Below, one piece after another: positions 1-10,114 of a DNA stretch of 64,000 nt; the stretch's first letter is position 1; the number at the start of each line of letters is the position of its first letter. The position numbers were made by a program, and so were the translations under genes. The notes beneath the pieces are model-generated. The model was not told the DNA's origin, did not search any database, and saw nothing but the letters and a program-made list of their open reading frames with translations. Origin of the DNA: a virus (Duplodnaviria; Caudoviricetes); IMG/VR virus record IMGVR_UViG_3300032302_000065, one strand, 5' to 3'.

Positions 1-2426
1 CTTCCCGTAATTTCTTTTTCTGTTTCAAAATATGTACTGAATGTTGCGTTAGCATAATCTATGTCAGCAACAAATTCGCTTTCTCTAAAATGCTCATAGA
101 AATTTTTTGTTGAAGATTGATAGAGTTTACTTTCGCCTAATGAAATTTCATATCCATGTTTCACATTCATTACTGGCTTAAACTGTATATTAGTTTTACC
201 TGAAGTGGTTCCAGATGTAACTGATGGATCCGTTTTTAATGGTAACGATACTGTCATCCACTCTGAAAGTGATGGAGAAACATTTGATACGGATTTTGAT
301 GGATTACCACCAGGAACTAATTTTAATTCATATCTTTTATTTGTTGTAGTATCGTCTAATAGAGGAGATGAAATATCTTTGAATGTTTTTACTTTCTGTT
401 CCCAATGGAACCTAGACGTAATAATCTGTGCGTCAGTTAAAAACTCGTTATGTATGCTAACAATATACTCACGTATAGTTTGTGATTTAAATATAATATC
501 TGCTTCAACTTCAATCTTAGTGCTTAGTAAAAGTTCACCGAATGCTTGAAGACCAGCTGGATGCAATAATTTCTTTATCGTATCTTTATATGCATTGAAC
601 ACTAAACCACTCTTAATAACATAAGAGAAGTCTTGATAATAGTATGAGTCTTGGATTTTTTTATAGTTTACTTTACCATCGTCACTAATCCAATTACCTT
701 CTTTAACACCAAGTCCCGAAATGATTGGAGTTAAATTTGCATTTCCATCACCATACGAATTGACGTTTGCTGTAGCAGTAGTATATCCAATACCAAAATC
801 TTTAACAATAATTTCACGAATTGATCCGATACCTGTTGCATTATTGGCTACGTCAATAGTAACGTTTGCGCTTTTACCTTGAATGTTTGTCGCAACTAAA
901 TTTGCGCTAGAACCCGTTGTGGTAGAAACTGTGATTGTTGGTAAACTTGTTGGTGTATATCCGCTACCATAGTTTGTCAATTCGATTCTAGATATAGGAC
1001 CTTTTACCTTCCAATCTTCATTTTTAATGATATCTTTGCCGGTTTCAGCAATCATTTTTGTGTCATCTTCAAATTTCAAATCATATGTCGTAGTCTCTAC
1101 AACGGATGCAACAATACCGGCTGCGTTAGAACCAGACCCACCAGTAAATATTAAAGTGTTACCAACACCATAATTTGTACCTGCATTGTTAATCGTAATT
1201 AAATTTTCGGACAATAAACCTAAAGAAGAAATGACAGCATCTTCTAGTGTTACTGATGGTTTTTTGTAATAATTTGAACCACGATTAATAATTGAAATTT
1301 CTGAAACTTCACCAACTGTGTATGTGTTCGATCCACTTGTTACATTATAGGTGTTTGCTAATCCCGTGACACGAATAATCAAACCAGAACCACCTGTTCC
1401 GGCATTATTAATTGTTGCAGTAGTGTTTAATTGATATCCATAACCAACTGAGTTTACTTTAAATGCTGTGATTGGAGATTGTTTGATAGATGCAACAGTA
1501 GCTTGTGCTTCTTTACCATCACCAGATATAGAAACGTTATCACCAACCGCATAACCTGAACCAGAATCATTGAGTGTAAATCCAGTAACCATGCCATATA
1601 CGCTAGTATTAGCAATTGATTCATCGTTCAATACTTCGATTGTTTCACCCGCAGTAAACACTCCGTCAACCAACGTAAGTGTCATTTCTGCAATTTCAAT
1701 AGACCCCAAAAAGAACTTTCTAATGTCAACAACATTACCCAACGCACCACTAGATTTTCCGACTACAGTTTTATTAATGTAGCTAAAAATTTGTGGGTTG
1801 ATAGCGGCTCTAATGATTTTAGTCTTTTCAAACTTACCATCAGAAATTCTTAATAAATCGGTTCCTGGATAATAAAATTCAGAGTTCTGCCCGTATAAAT
1901 GTTTTAATAAGAAACGGTATGACTCTTCATTACTCTTAGACTGATATAAGTCTTTATATCGTAGTGCGATATCTCTTGCATTGCCGTAGACATTTTTTGG
2001 AATGTTGTCGTATAATTCTTCTTTTAAGAAATCGACATACTTGTCAACAGAATTATCAATTGTTCTGTAGTCAAGTAATTTTCCCGATTTTCTGACAACG
2101 TTATCTTTTATGCCAGAAGAGATTCCCACAGCATTAGAGGTTTGACCCGTAATGTTTTCATATCTATCAAATGAAATTGTAGACGTTGAACGTATTACAA
2201 TATTACCATCAGTTTTAACTTCTTTTATTATTCCTGTTGCGCCAGAAGTTTCACCAACGACTATTTCATCACGAACAAACGTTCCTGTAATTCCAGAAAA
2301 CGATATGTGTGTAGTTTGTAGCCATTCATAATATGCTTTTAAGAATAGTAAAAAATTCTCCGATGCAACATCATCGGGGAAAAAATTACTTATTCCTAAT
2401 GCAGGATTAAATTTATTGTTGTCCAT
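1..2426 (-). CDS. gp7: Baseplate wedge initiator gp7-like (runs off the left edge; not in the ORF track)
   Basis: ATG at 2426, read manually as MDNNKFNPALG...FLKAYYEWL...; contains KKIQDSYYYQDFSYVIKSG..KKLLHPAG, typical of T4-like gp7; directly follows gp6. Confidence 0.8.
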   Translation of the reverse strand, partial: MDNNKFNPALGISNFFPDDVASENFLLFLKAYYEWLQTTHISFSGITGTFVRDEIVVGETSGATGIIKEVKTDGNIVIRSTSTISFDRYENITGQTSNAVGISSGIKDNVVRKSGKLLDYRTIDNSVDKYVDFLKEELYDNIPKNVYGNARDIALRYKDLYQSKSNEESYRFLLKHLYGQNSEFYYPGTDLLRISDGKFEKTKIIRAAINPQIFSYINKTVVGKSSGALGNVVDIRKFFLGSIEIAEMTLTLVDGVFTAGETIEVLNDESIANTSVYGMVTGFTLNDSGSGYAVGDNVSISGDGKEAQATVASIKQSPITAFKVNSVGYGYQLNTTATINNAGTGGSGLIIRVTGLANTYNVTSGSNTYTVGEVSEISIINRGSNYYKKPSVTLEDAVISSLGLLSENLITINNAGTNYGVGNTLIFTGGSGSNAAGIVASVVETTTYDLKFEDDTKMIAETGKDIIKNEDWKVKGPISRIELTNYGSGYTPTSLPTITVSTTTGSSANLVATNIQGKSANVTIDVANNATGIGSIREIIVKDFGIGYTTATANVNSYGDGNANLTPIISGLGVKEGNWISDDGKVNYKKIQDSYYYQDFSYVIKSGLVFNAYKDTIKKLLHPAGLQAFGELLLSTKIEVEADIIFKSQTIREYIVSIHNEFLTDAQIITSRFHWEQKVKTFKDISSPLLDDTTTNKRYELKLVPGGNPSKSVSNVSPSLSEWMTVSLPLKTDPSVTSGTTSGKTNIQFKPVMNVKHGYEISLGESKLYQSSTKNFYEHFRESEFVADIDYANATFSTYFETEKEITG

Positions 2427-2428
2427 CT

Positions 2429-4246
2429 TTATCTATTTACGAGACTAATTGATTTGTCATCTATCATATTAACTGTTATGTCTTCGGAACGAATAGAAAG
2501 AATTTGATTTCTCAAAGGAAGAATATCTTTGTTTGCTGGTGTGGCTGTTAGTTTTAAAGTATTACCGCCATCAGCAAATGCAGTTGGAGTAAAACTATTA
2601 AGAATAATTTTTCCTGTTGAATAATTTACGCTTCCAGCATTTAAAAGAACAGCAATGCTTTCATTTTTTTCTGTTCTATAAATTCTAATTATTCCATTGT
2701 TTTCATCAAATTTGCAAGTATCGTATCCGGCATAACTGAATACATTCGAATAAATTTTATTTCCTATACCAAAAGGTTGCGTAGTTGATCTACCATCACT
2801 TGCATTATCGATTGCATTTGAAAAATTAATTTCGTATTTTGTCGGAACGTTCAATTGAACATTCAACTCTTTTCTCATTAAAGTTGAAGTATCGTTGTTC
2901 AATATAGACGCTTCAGCCATATCAATCAATCTTGATAATTTTGAATATCTAAAATATTTTCCAAATTGATTTATCTCATCAATATTGTATGTTTGTATAA
3001 TTTTTGTAATCAAATCAGATAAATCATTAGTTCCCAATATAGTCTTATTGGCTTCGTATTTGACAGTAGAAGATATGATAATATACAAATATTCAGGATC
3101 AACAATTTCAGTTGAGATAGTGAGAATCTTTTTAGGGTCAATAACAGATTTGATTAAGTTATCTTTTTCGGTTGGCGTCAATACTTCACCTGATGTTGGT
3201 TTGATTGCAACATAAACTTTACCATAAGTTGGCGGATCATTGTCTTCTCCACCCCAAACAACAACAGAGTCCACATTAGACTGCTTCAATAGTAACGCTT
3301 TATAATCATCGGCAGTAACTGCACGATTTTGTGCCTCATACATTTTTGGCGCATTAAATTTAATTTGAGAAACAGTTTCTCTATCTGCACCTCCAGCCGC
3401 TGGATCGTCAGCAGTAAATGTTGCGGATATGACATCAGTAATTGTATCATTATATGTTAATGCATTAATGTCATTAGCCAAACTTCCATTGGAAACAAGA
3501 TAACTCAATACAACTACATTGCCATTGTTTAATGCAATACCAAATGTACCATCGCCAAATTTAACTTCATATTGCCCATCTTCAGATTCTTCTAAGAAAT
3601 ATATTTGAGATGTAGTGTTTAATTCCACTAAATTTTCAGCTTGAACAAATGTTCTTGATGTGCTGTCTGAAGAAGAGTTTAATATAGATACAGTCAATGT
3701 TGTAGTATCAATATTTGCGTTTGGAATTAAAAATCTTTGTTCTTTATCCGAACTCAATACTGTATATCGTGTTCTAATTAATTGTCCTTCTTTTAGTACG
3801 ATACTAGTAGAATACACTCCAGAATTGTTGTAGACTGTTTTTGATTGGACGTTAGAGAACGTATAAGTTTTTCCATCAATGATTCCTGAAAATTCTGTGT
3901 ATGCAGGAATTAAAACTGCGGATGGACTACCATTAGTAGTTAACGTAACAGTACCAGTGATGCTAGCCGATGTAGTTGATCTTGGCGTATAGTTTAAAGA
4001 CTTTGCTAAGTTAACAACCGAATTTCTTTTTTGTGCAGTAGAAAGAAAAGATTCGGATGCTACCATGTTAAGATAGAAAGAATTGTAGTAGGTATTGTAG
4101 GCAAGCAAGTCTAACAATACTGAAATACCAGCACCTTCAAAATTATAATCCCTAAACTGATCTTGAGATTTTAAATAGTTTTTGAAGTTAGCTTTAATTC
4201 CATCAAAACTAAGTTCATCGATTTTTAGATTGTTATCTATGGCCAT
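2429..4246 (-). CDS. gp6: Baseplate wedge subunit gp6
   Basis: LSFDGIKANFKNYL..DYNFEGAGISVLLDLLAYNTYY N-terminus; AQNRAVTADDY; WGGEDNDPP.YGKV. Confidence 0.95.
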   Translation of the reverse strand: MAIDNNLKIDELSFDGIKANFKNYLKSQDQFRDYNFEGAGISVLLDLLAYNTYYNSFYLNMVASESFLSTAQKRNSVVNLAKSLNYTPRSTTSASITGTVTLTTNGSPSAVLIPAYTEFSGIIDGKTYTFSNVQSKTVYNNSGVYSTSIVLKEGQLIRTRYTVLSSDKEQRFLIPNANIDTTTLTVSILNSSSDSTSRTFVQAENLVELNTTSQIYFLEESEDGQYEVKFGDGTFGIALNNGNVVVLSYLVSNGSLANDINALTYNDTITDVISATFTADDPAAGGADRETVSQIKFNAPKMYEAQNRAVTADDYKALLLKQSNVDSVVVWGGEDNDPPTYGKVYVAIKPTSGEVLTPTEKDNLIKSVIDPKKILTISTEIVDPEYLYIIISSTVKYEANKTILGTNDLSDLITKIIQTYNIDEINQFGKYFRYSKLSRLIDMAEASILNNDTSTLMRKELNVQLNVPTKYEINFSNAIDNASDGRSTTQPFGIGNKIYSNVFSYAGYDTCKFDENNGIIRIYRTEKNESIAVLLNAGSVNYSTGKIILNSFTPTAFADGGNTLKLTATPANKDILPLRNQILSIRSEDITVNMIDDKSISLVNR

Positions 4247-4635
4247 TATGCCGTCCTTGTTATTGTTGCGACTAGATTTCCTACTCTATTAATGCCTTTT
4301 ATTCTATATTGCACTTTTATGTCAATTCCCTGGCCATCATCAATGTAATCGACAACAATATCTCCTACGTCAACCCTAGGCTCAAAACGTGTTATGGAAT
4401 CTTTCAATTCTTTCTGGAGATTAAATTCTGTATATCCAGGAACATAATTAAACAAATAATTGTCGATATTGCATCCATATGTTGGATTAAAAGGTCTAGT
4501 TCCTTTTCTAGTTTTTATTAGATTCATTATAGACCTTCTAATAGCAACCTCATTTATAATAGGGCGAACGTCTCCACTCACCGGATGCGGTGTGAAGTCT
4601 AGTCCCAAGTCTTTATAGAATGCGATATCTGCCAT
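4246..4635 (-). CDS. gp25: Baseplate wedge subunit gp25
   Basis: YKDLGLDF..HP, SIMNLIKT.KG.RPFNP.YGC, FEPRV motifs; precedes gp6. Confidence 0.92.
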   Translation of the reverse strand: MADIAFYKDLGLDFTPHPVSGDVRPIINEVAIRRSIMNLIKTRKGTRPFNPTYGCNIDNYLFNYVPGYTEFNLQKELKDSITRFEPRVDVGDIVVDYIDDGQGIDIKVQYRIKGINRVGNLVATITRTA

Positions 4636-4648
4636 TTTTTTCTTTTAT

Positions 4649-4834
4649 TTATGTTGTTTGTTCTGCCGTTTTGGCATCTTGAATTTCTTTTCTGCGCTCT
4701 TTTGTTGCTTTGCTCAATTCAGCTAATGCTTTTCTCGCTCTAGTGCCAGCGGCTTTGTTGCCTTTGCTTTCAAATTTTTCGTTCTCTGCGAGATACGATT
4801 CAAATAAATTTACTAAGTTTTCGTGATTTGTCAT
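4649..4834 (-). CDS. Small basic Hc1-like (histone H1-like) protein
   Basis: GNKAAGTRARKAL.EL.K..KE.RKEI motif; RBS TAAGGA. Confidence 0.75.
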   Translation of the reverse strand: MTNHENLVNLFESYLAENEKFESKGNKAAGTRARKALAELSKATKERRKEIQDAKTAEQTT

Positions 4835-4853
4835 AATTATTCCTTATAAAATG

Positions 4854-4882
4854 TTGACATTTGCTTGACATAGTGTTACACT
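4854..4882 (+). promoter_or_regulatory. Sigma70-like promoter antisense to gp5
   Basis: TTGACA(4854-59), 17 bp, TACACT(4877-82) with extended -10 TG; second TTGACA at 4865. Confidence 0.6.
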
Positions 4883-4904
4883 ACTGTGTAGCCTATGATT
4901 TTAA

Positions 4905-5480
4905 TTAAGTATTAGCAATAGGTAAAGTAGCCGCAACTGCAATTGCAATATCCTGCGTCTTATCCTTTTCCTCTAATGATGTTAATCTGTTTAGTATTTC
5001 TGATAAAGTGGTGTTATTCAACCCATCAGACAATCTTAACTCTGTATTACCATGAAGTCTAAAATTTGTATTTGATGATATAGTAATCTTATCATCATTT
5101 GTGTTCCACAGAATAGAATTTTTGTCATCTACAGTCGCAAAATTTCTAGTCATACTTGGAGCCACCCCAAAATATTCAGAAGCGGCTTCAGGTATAGCAG
5201 GTAAGTATCCTAAGATTGCTGGTTCTTGTGCAGACAATGAGTCTAAGAAAAAGCCAAAGACCCAATCGCCAAGTCTGGGAGTACCATAAAGATTTGGCGT
5301 ATTTAATGGGTGAATAGAAAGTGCCCAAGGCAAGTCTTCAGTCGGAACTAAATTAGTTGACTTTGCTGGATGATATCCAAAACATCTGACTTTGCATCTG
5401 CCAAGTGTCAATGGATCGTCAATACTTTCAACGATACCAATCCACCAAACAAATCCATCCTGCCCAATAAAATTTGCCAT
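4905..5480 (-). CDS. gp5: Short gp5-like baseplate spike (OB-fold; no lysozyme domain)
   Basis: F.WWIG.VE..DDPL.LGRCKVRCFGYH..LPWA..G.WVFGFFLD...QEP.ILG is the gp5 OB domain; only 191 aa. Confidence 0.85.
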   Translation of the reverse strand: MANFIGQDGFVWWIGIVESIDDPLTLGRCKVRCFGYHPAKSTNLVPTEDLPWALSIHPLNTPNLYGTPRLGDWVFGFFLDSLSAQEPAILGYLPAIPEAASEYFGVAPSMTRNFATVDDKNSILWNTNDDKITISSNTNFRLHGNTELRLSDGLNNTTLSEILNRLTSLEEKDKTQDIAIAVAATLPIANT

Positions 5481-5483
5481 TAA

Positions 5484-5714
5484 TTATCCCAAATGCTTAA
5501 AGTACTGAATTTGTCTCTCTTGACTTGCAACCCATTCATCTGATGGTTTACCCTCACCTTTATAGTAGCGTAAAGGCTTGCCTGTCTTCTTAGAGACTAG
5601 TGCCCACTTGCCATCCACTTGTTTAAGTACTTCAGTTAATTCTGCACCAAAAACTTCTTCTTCCCATTCTTCTTGCGAAAGTGTAGTGCCTTTAATAAAC
5701 TCTTTAAATTTCAT
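5484..5714 (-). CDS. Hypothetical, possible internal virion protein
   Basis: N-terminus MKFKEFI resembles T4 internal-protein targeting sequences. Confidence 0.6.
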   Translation of the reverse strand: MKFKEFIKGTTLSQEEWEEEVFGAELTEVLKQVDGKWALVSKKTGKPLRYYKGEGKPSDEWVASQERQIQYFKHLG

Positions 5715-6661
5715 AATTTGTCCAATTCTGATGTGTCTACTGAACCTGGAGGAACGTTATCACGTATCCAAGTCAGTAATTGTTTCTTCACATCAAGTTC
5801 TGTTTTCGCTGGTTTTCCTGGTTCTTTAAGAGTTAAATATTTAAAATCTTTGATGACAGGATTTCCTTTTGAGTCTTTATATGCCCTGTTTGTTTTTGGA
5901 TCAACAATAAAGACTGTATTCTCAGGATTATTTAGAATGACATAAACACCACCTCTGACAGAAGGTGGCATAGCATTTGTTACTAAATTATAAACTGTTT
6001 CGGCCGCCCCTTTGTGTGTTGCTAATAGAATATCTTCTGGCACAACTCTTGATCTACCTTTATTATTTTGAATTGCAATTTGATAATTTGTCAAAACCCA
6101 AGTTACATGAATATTTTCAGATTCATATCCAGCATTAAATAATTTGGGTAAAACAGAAGTCATATCATCAACTTCTTTAAATGTGCTATCAAAAATAATA
6201 TTTGGCAACTGACCTTTTTCTGCACCAGCAAGCATTAAATCTAAAGTTTTATCTTTAACGCCGGTTGCACGAACAAGAACGTGCAACATATAAACGTTAG
6301 TGGGAGTTCTTAAATTTAAATCACCTAATCTTAAATTTTTATCAATCAATTCTTTTTGAATAAGGTCTTTATCTTTTGATGAAATTTTATCGCCATATTT
6401 TGCAAGCAAATCTTTAGTCGTAAATTTTTGAATGGCATCTAATTTTTGAAATGCTTTTTTTAATTCATCAACGTCACGGACTTTAAAGTCAGATCCTTGC
6501 ATAAAATGTTGAATTGCGAATCCTTTACCAGATCCGGCGCCTCCAGCAAGAAATACAATCTGTCCGTACTTTGCGCCTTTGTTGTAAAGAATTTGTTTCT
6601 CTACAAGTTCATATGCTTTGTAGTCTTTTAAATCTACATATTCTGAAAATTTGAGTTTCAT
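5711..6661 (-). CDS. P-loop kinase/NTPase (zeta-toxin/AAA_33-like)
   Basis: Walker A GGAGSGKG, IIFDST, N..R.RVVPE lid motif. Confidence 0.7.
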   Translation of the reverse strand: MKLKFSEYVDLKDYKAYELVEKQILYNKGAKYGQIVFLAGGAGSGKGFAIQHFMQGSDFKVRDVDELKKAFQKLDAIQKFTTKDLLAKYGDKISSKDKDLIQKELIDKNLRLGDLNLRTPTNVYMLHVLVRATGVKDKTLDLMLAGAEKGQLPNIIFDSTFKEVDDMTSVLPKLFNAGYESENIHVTWVLTNYQIAIQNNKGRSRVVPEDILLATHKGAAETVYNLVTNAMPPSVRGGVYVILNNPENTVFIVDPKTNRAYKDSKGNPVIKDFKYLTLKEPGKPAKTELDVKKQLLTWIRDNVPPGSVDTSELDKL

Positions 6662-6672
6662 TTTTTTGACCT

Positions 6673-8058
6673 TTAGGGTATTAGTCTATTTAAATTTATT
6701 GGAGAAGAACCTCTTGTTAGTTCTAATCGTTTTATGTAAGTTGCTCCAGACAAACTATGTTGAACGCCTGATACAAAATATTTACCTGAATGCATTGCAT
6801 CAGGCAAAGGTGTGCTAGAATTTAATGATAATTGTCTGTCATATGCACTTGGAATAACAAGGTTCACTACATGTCCAACACCAATTGAATTTGTTGCGCC
6901 TTGAATATCTACTTCAAGTTTATGTAAACTTTTAGATAAACCAAACATATTATTTGGCAACCAAGACTTTCTATCAACAGGATCATTTATTGACGAAAAA
7001 AACAATTTTCTTCCTGGTATTTCATTTTTATTGTTATCGTATGTATTGAAAATATTTTTATCATCTAGCAATTTATTTTCGTAAAAATCACCAGTATCTC
7101 TATTTTTATATCCAAACTTCTCTACATTATAAGTTCTATTGATTGGATTTATAGCAGTCATTGTGGTGTTATAAAGACCCAAAGTCATACACTCTAGATG
7201 ATTGAAATTTTCTTGATATGCTAGTCTTACTGCACGTATTTTTTTACCTTCTATTTTTGCATCTTGATTTAGATTAAAATATATGCTGTGTATTCCACCA
7301 GTTATAGAATCTTCTATTAATTTTTCATAGCTTCCAAAATAATGTGATGATGCAAATTTACTACCATCAGGATATGTACCCATAACTGGAACAAAACGTT
7401 CATAGAATATAAAAAACTTATTTTTTACGCAAGCACGTTCGGCCATCATTGTGATTGCTTTGTGTGGCATTATTCCAGTAGCAATAAAAGGTTTAGTTAA
7501 CGTAACTCTTGAGTCTTCTACTGCTAAATCGTTATTCGACATTTCTCCGAACATTGATAGAACGGCATCTTTAATGTTTGTATTTTTATAACTTTTAAAT
7601 AGTAATTTTTTTGTGGAATCAACAAAAGATTTTGATGTGAAATATAATGTATAACGTCTAGTTAAATTTGTGTTATCAACTTCATACTTACCAATTTTAG
7701 TTATTATTAAATCTTCTCTCCAAACAATAATTTCATTTGTAGCTGGCATAGAAAATTTTAATGCAATACGTTCACCACCTTCTATTTCCCATTTTTCTAA
7801 CGCACCGCCAATATCATTGATTGTCACGGACCCAATTATGAAAGCTGAAAATACATTTTCATCTATATTAAATCCTGCGAAAGAATCCAACAATGAAATT
7901 CTCACACCTTGGCGAGTTATGATTGACAATTCATTAATGATAACGTCTCCACCAATTTGTGCTTTTGGTGGAGAAGTTTTAATTATCGATACGTTATTTG
8001 GGTTATCTATCTCATCATTAGACACCGCCCCAAATGCATTAGTTATTTCATATTTCAT
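6673..8058 (-). CDS. Baseplate hub/tail protein (gp27-like)
   Basis: 461 aa after gp53; C-terminal G.VVNL.IP...SGKYFVSGVQH typical of hub proteins. Confidence 0.55.
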   Translation of the reverse strand: MKYEITNAFGAVSNDEIDNPNNVSIIKTSPPKAQIGGDVIINELSIITRQGVRISLLDSFAGFNIDENVFSAFIIGSVTINDIGGALEKWEIEGGERIALKFSMPATNEIIVWREDLIITKIGKYEVDNTNLTRRYTLYFTSKSFVDSTKKLLFKSYKNTNIKDAVLSMFGEMSNNDLAVEDSRVTLTKPFIATGIMPHKAITMMAERACVKNKFFIFYERFVPVMGTYPDGSKFASSHYFGSYEKLIEDSITGGIHSIYFNLNQDAKIEGKKIRAVRLAYQENFNHLECMTLGLYNTTMTAINPINRTYNVEKFGYKNRDTGDFYENKLLDDKNIFNTYDNNKNEIPGRKLFFSSINDPVDRKSWLPNNMFGLSKSLHKLEVDIQGATNSIGVGHVVNLVIPSAYDRQLSLNSSTPLPDAMHSGKYFVSGVQHSLSGATYIKRLELTRGSSPINLNRLIP

Positions 8059-8061
8059 ATC

Positions 8062-8592
8062 TTAAACAATTGGTTTTACAAGCATACTTTTTAGTCCAGA
8101 ATCTAATGCACCTAAAGAACTCTTTTGCATTATTTTGATTTTAGACTTGTTTGTATTTTTTCTCAATTCCCATTCGTATATTGTTTCGGAACGTCTTTTT
8201 GATGACGATAATTCCGTCCATTCAATAACATCTATGATATTTCCTGATATGTCATAGTAGTATTTTGTATTTTGCATTGCGTAGTCTAAACTTCCATACT
8301 TTTCTATGATATAATTCCTAAACTCTTCGCTATCTCTCGGCCAGTCATCATATATGTTATACATGTTATTTGTTAGTAGTATAATCCAATCATACTCTGG
8401 ACTTCCATATAATTTGTATGAAACATAGTCTGGAGTTTCTCCATCACCAATCACATATGGAGTATATGATATACCTCTAAACTCTTTTATATAATTTTTT
8501 ATTCTAGACACAACAGTAATGTCGATTGCCTTAAAATAATTATGATCGTCAATTTTATAACGAACTTTTGGATAATTAGTGAATATACTCAT
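8062..8592 (-). CDS. gp53: Baseplate wedge gp53
   Basis: GETPDYVSYKLYG..YDWIILLTN...DWP; YEWE..KN.NK.KIK. Confidence 0.9.
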   Translation of the reverse strand: MSIFTNYPKVRYKIDDHNYFKAIDITVVSRIKNYIKEFRGISYTPYVIGDGETPDYVSYKLYGSPEYDWIILLTNNMYNIYDDWPRDSEEFRNYIIEKYGSLDYAMQNTKYYYDISGNIIDVIEWTELSSSKRRSETIYEWELRKNTNKSKIKIMQKSSLGALDSGLKSMLVKPIV

Positions 8593-8594
8593 TT

Positions 8595-9623
8595 TTAGAA
8601 AATTGTTCTAGTTGCTGAAGTTGTACGCTCATCGACAAGCGTTCCGGTTGTTGGCAATGAAGTCTCTCTTAAATTAATCGTCATCGTTACTTCACTTGGA
8701 TAGTATTTGGCGCCGGTTTCAGAACTAAAAAATACCATTTTATTTTGAGATCCATAATCAACTGAAACGTTTTCAATTACACACATTTCACTCGCAAACA
8801 ATTCAGCTAACGCAGTATTCGCCGCTCCAGTATTTTTTTGCAGAAGTAATTCAAATTTACATGTATCTGGATACCCAAAACTGTAAACGGTATTATATGC
8901 CGCACCACCTATTCCATCGGGATTTAAAAACGCAAATATATCTTGATTTGCTTTATTTGCTTCTTCAGCGGCCTTCAAGTCATCGCCTGTCAAGTCTTTG
9001 GTCTCATTAATCCCATTAACAGAGTCTGATACACCAGGACCTTTTGGATCTGAATTCCCTTTTGGTGATGATGCATATCTAAATGTATTGACGATATTCA
9101 TCATGTTTTCTGCTTCATCATAACTAGTTGGTCTCATTGTAAATGGTAATGTGAACCTTCTAAATGTTGGACCTTGATAAATTAATTGTTGGAAACTATT
9201 TAAAAATCTTTTTGATATAAATTCGTATTGTGATTTTCCACTTAATCCAACAGACTGTATGAAACCTTGTGCGCCTGCACTTGCAAATTTGAGTTGTTTA
9301 AATACTGCTTCTAGTCCAGATGATCCAGGTTTAACAAGTTGTTTTAATCCTCCAAAAATACTATCAGCTTCTGCGTCTGGCGTACCAAATATGTTTTGAC
9401 TTTCTTGATATCCATTACTCAATGTTGTTTGAAACGTTCCTCCCATGCGTATAAATATGGTTGGGGATCCATCCGATAGACTTTCTGCAAATGCATCATA
9501 AAACTGAAACCTAGCCATCGTAGCCACAAAATCTGCATGTGAATCTTTTGTTCCAAAAAATAATGTATCTGATGTAGGATAACTACCGACTGTTTGATTT
9601 ATTTTAAACGGTTGTTGTGCCAC
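8595..9623 (-). CDS. gp48: Baseplate tail tube cap gp48
   Basis: YQGP.FRRF.LPF.MRP.SYDEA..M..IV..FR; CVIENVSVDY; synteny with gp53 and gp4. Confidence 0.75.
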   Translation of the reverse strand: MAQQPFKINQTVGSYPTSDTLFFGTKDSHADFVATMARFQFYDAFAESLSDGSPTIFIRMGGTFQTTLSNGYQESQNIFGTPDAEADSIFGGLKQLVKPGSSGLEAVFKQLKFASAGAQGFIQSVGLSGKSQYEFISKRFLNSFQQLIYQGPTFRRFTLPFTMRPTSYDEAENMMNIVNTFRYASSPKGNSDPKGPGVSDSVNGINETKDLTGDDLKAAEEANKANQDIFAFLNPDGIGGAAYNTVYSFGYPDTCKFELLLQKNTGAANTALAELFASEMCVIENVSVDYGSQNKMVFFSSETGAKYYPSEVTMTINLRETSLPTTGTLVDERTTSATRTIF

Positions 9624-9657
9624 GTTTTATTCCTTTTTTATTGAAAACTCATTACTC

Positions 9658-9665
9658 TATTTATG
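9658..9665 (-). promoter_or_regulatory. T4-type late promoter variant (CATAAATA)
   Basis: One mismatch to TATAAATA, upstream of the gp48 operon; similar NATAAATA boxes at 10102(+), 25160(-), 52809(+). Confidence 0.55.
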
Positions 9666-10106
9666 TCATACAAAGGTAAATTTAAGCCTAAAAACTATCA
9701 AAAGTACAAAGGTAATCCAACTAATATTGTATATCGTAGTCTACTTGAACGCAGATTTATGGTGTATTGTGATGAAACTCCATCAATTCTTGAATGGTCT
9801 TCAGAAGAAGTTGTCGTGCCGTATGTATCTCCTGTTGACAATCGTTATCATCGATACTTTGTCGATTTCTGGATGAAGTACGTAGACAAGAATGGAAACA
9901 TAAAAATTGTTTTAATTGAGGTTAAACCGGATATACAAACACGCCCACCAGTCAGAAAAAACACACCAAACGGCAAACCAACTAGAAGATTCATCAATGA
10001 AGTGATGACATGGGGCGTTAATCAAGCAAAATGGGAAGCGGCAACAAAATACTCTATTGAAAGAAATTGGGAATTTAAAATCATAACCGACAAAGATTTG
10101 AGATAA
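9663..10106 (+). CDS. gp4: Head completion nuclease gp4
   Basis: YKGKFKPKN..KYKGNP.NIVYRS..E, WSSEE, HRYFVDF, VNQAKW.AA. Confidence 0.95.
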   Translation: MSYKGKFKPKNYQKYKGNPTNIVYRSLLERRFMVYCDETPSILEWSSEEVVVPYVSPVDNRYHRYFVDFWMKYVDKNGNIKIVLIEVKPDIQTRPPVRKNTPNGKPTRRFINEVMTWGVNQAKWEAATKYSIERNWEFKIITDKDLR

Positions 10107-10114
10107 ATAGAAGT

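Noticed and set aside
205-8065. Plus-strand ORFs within the baseplate operon
   Set aside because: Antisense to well-supported structural genes
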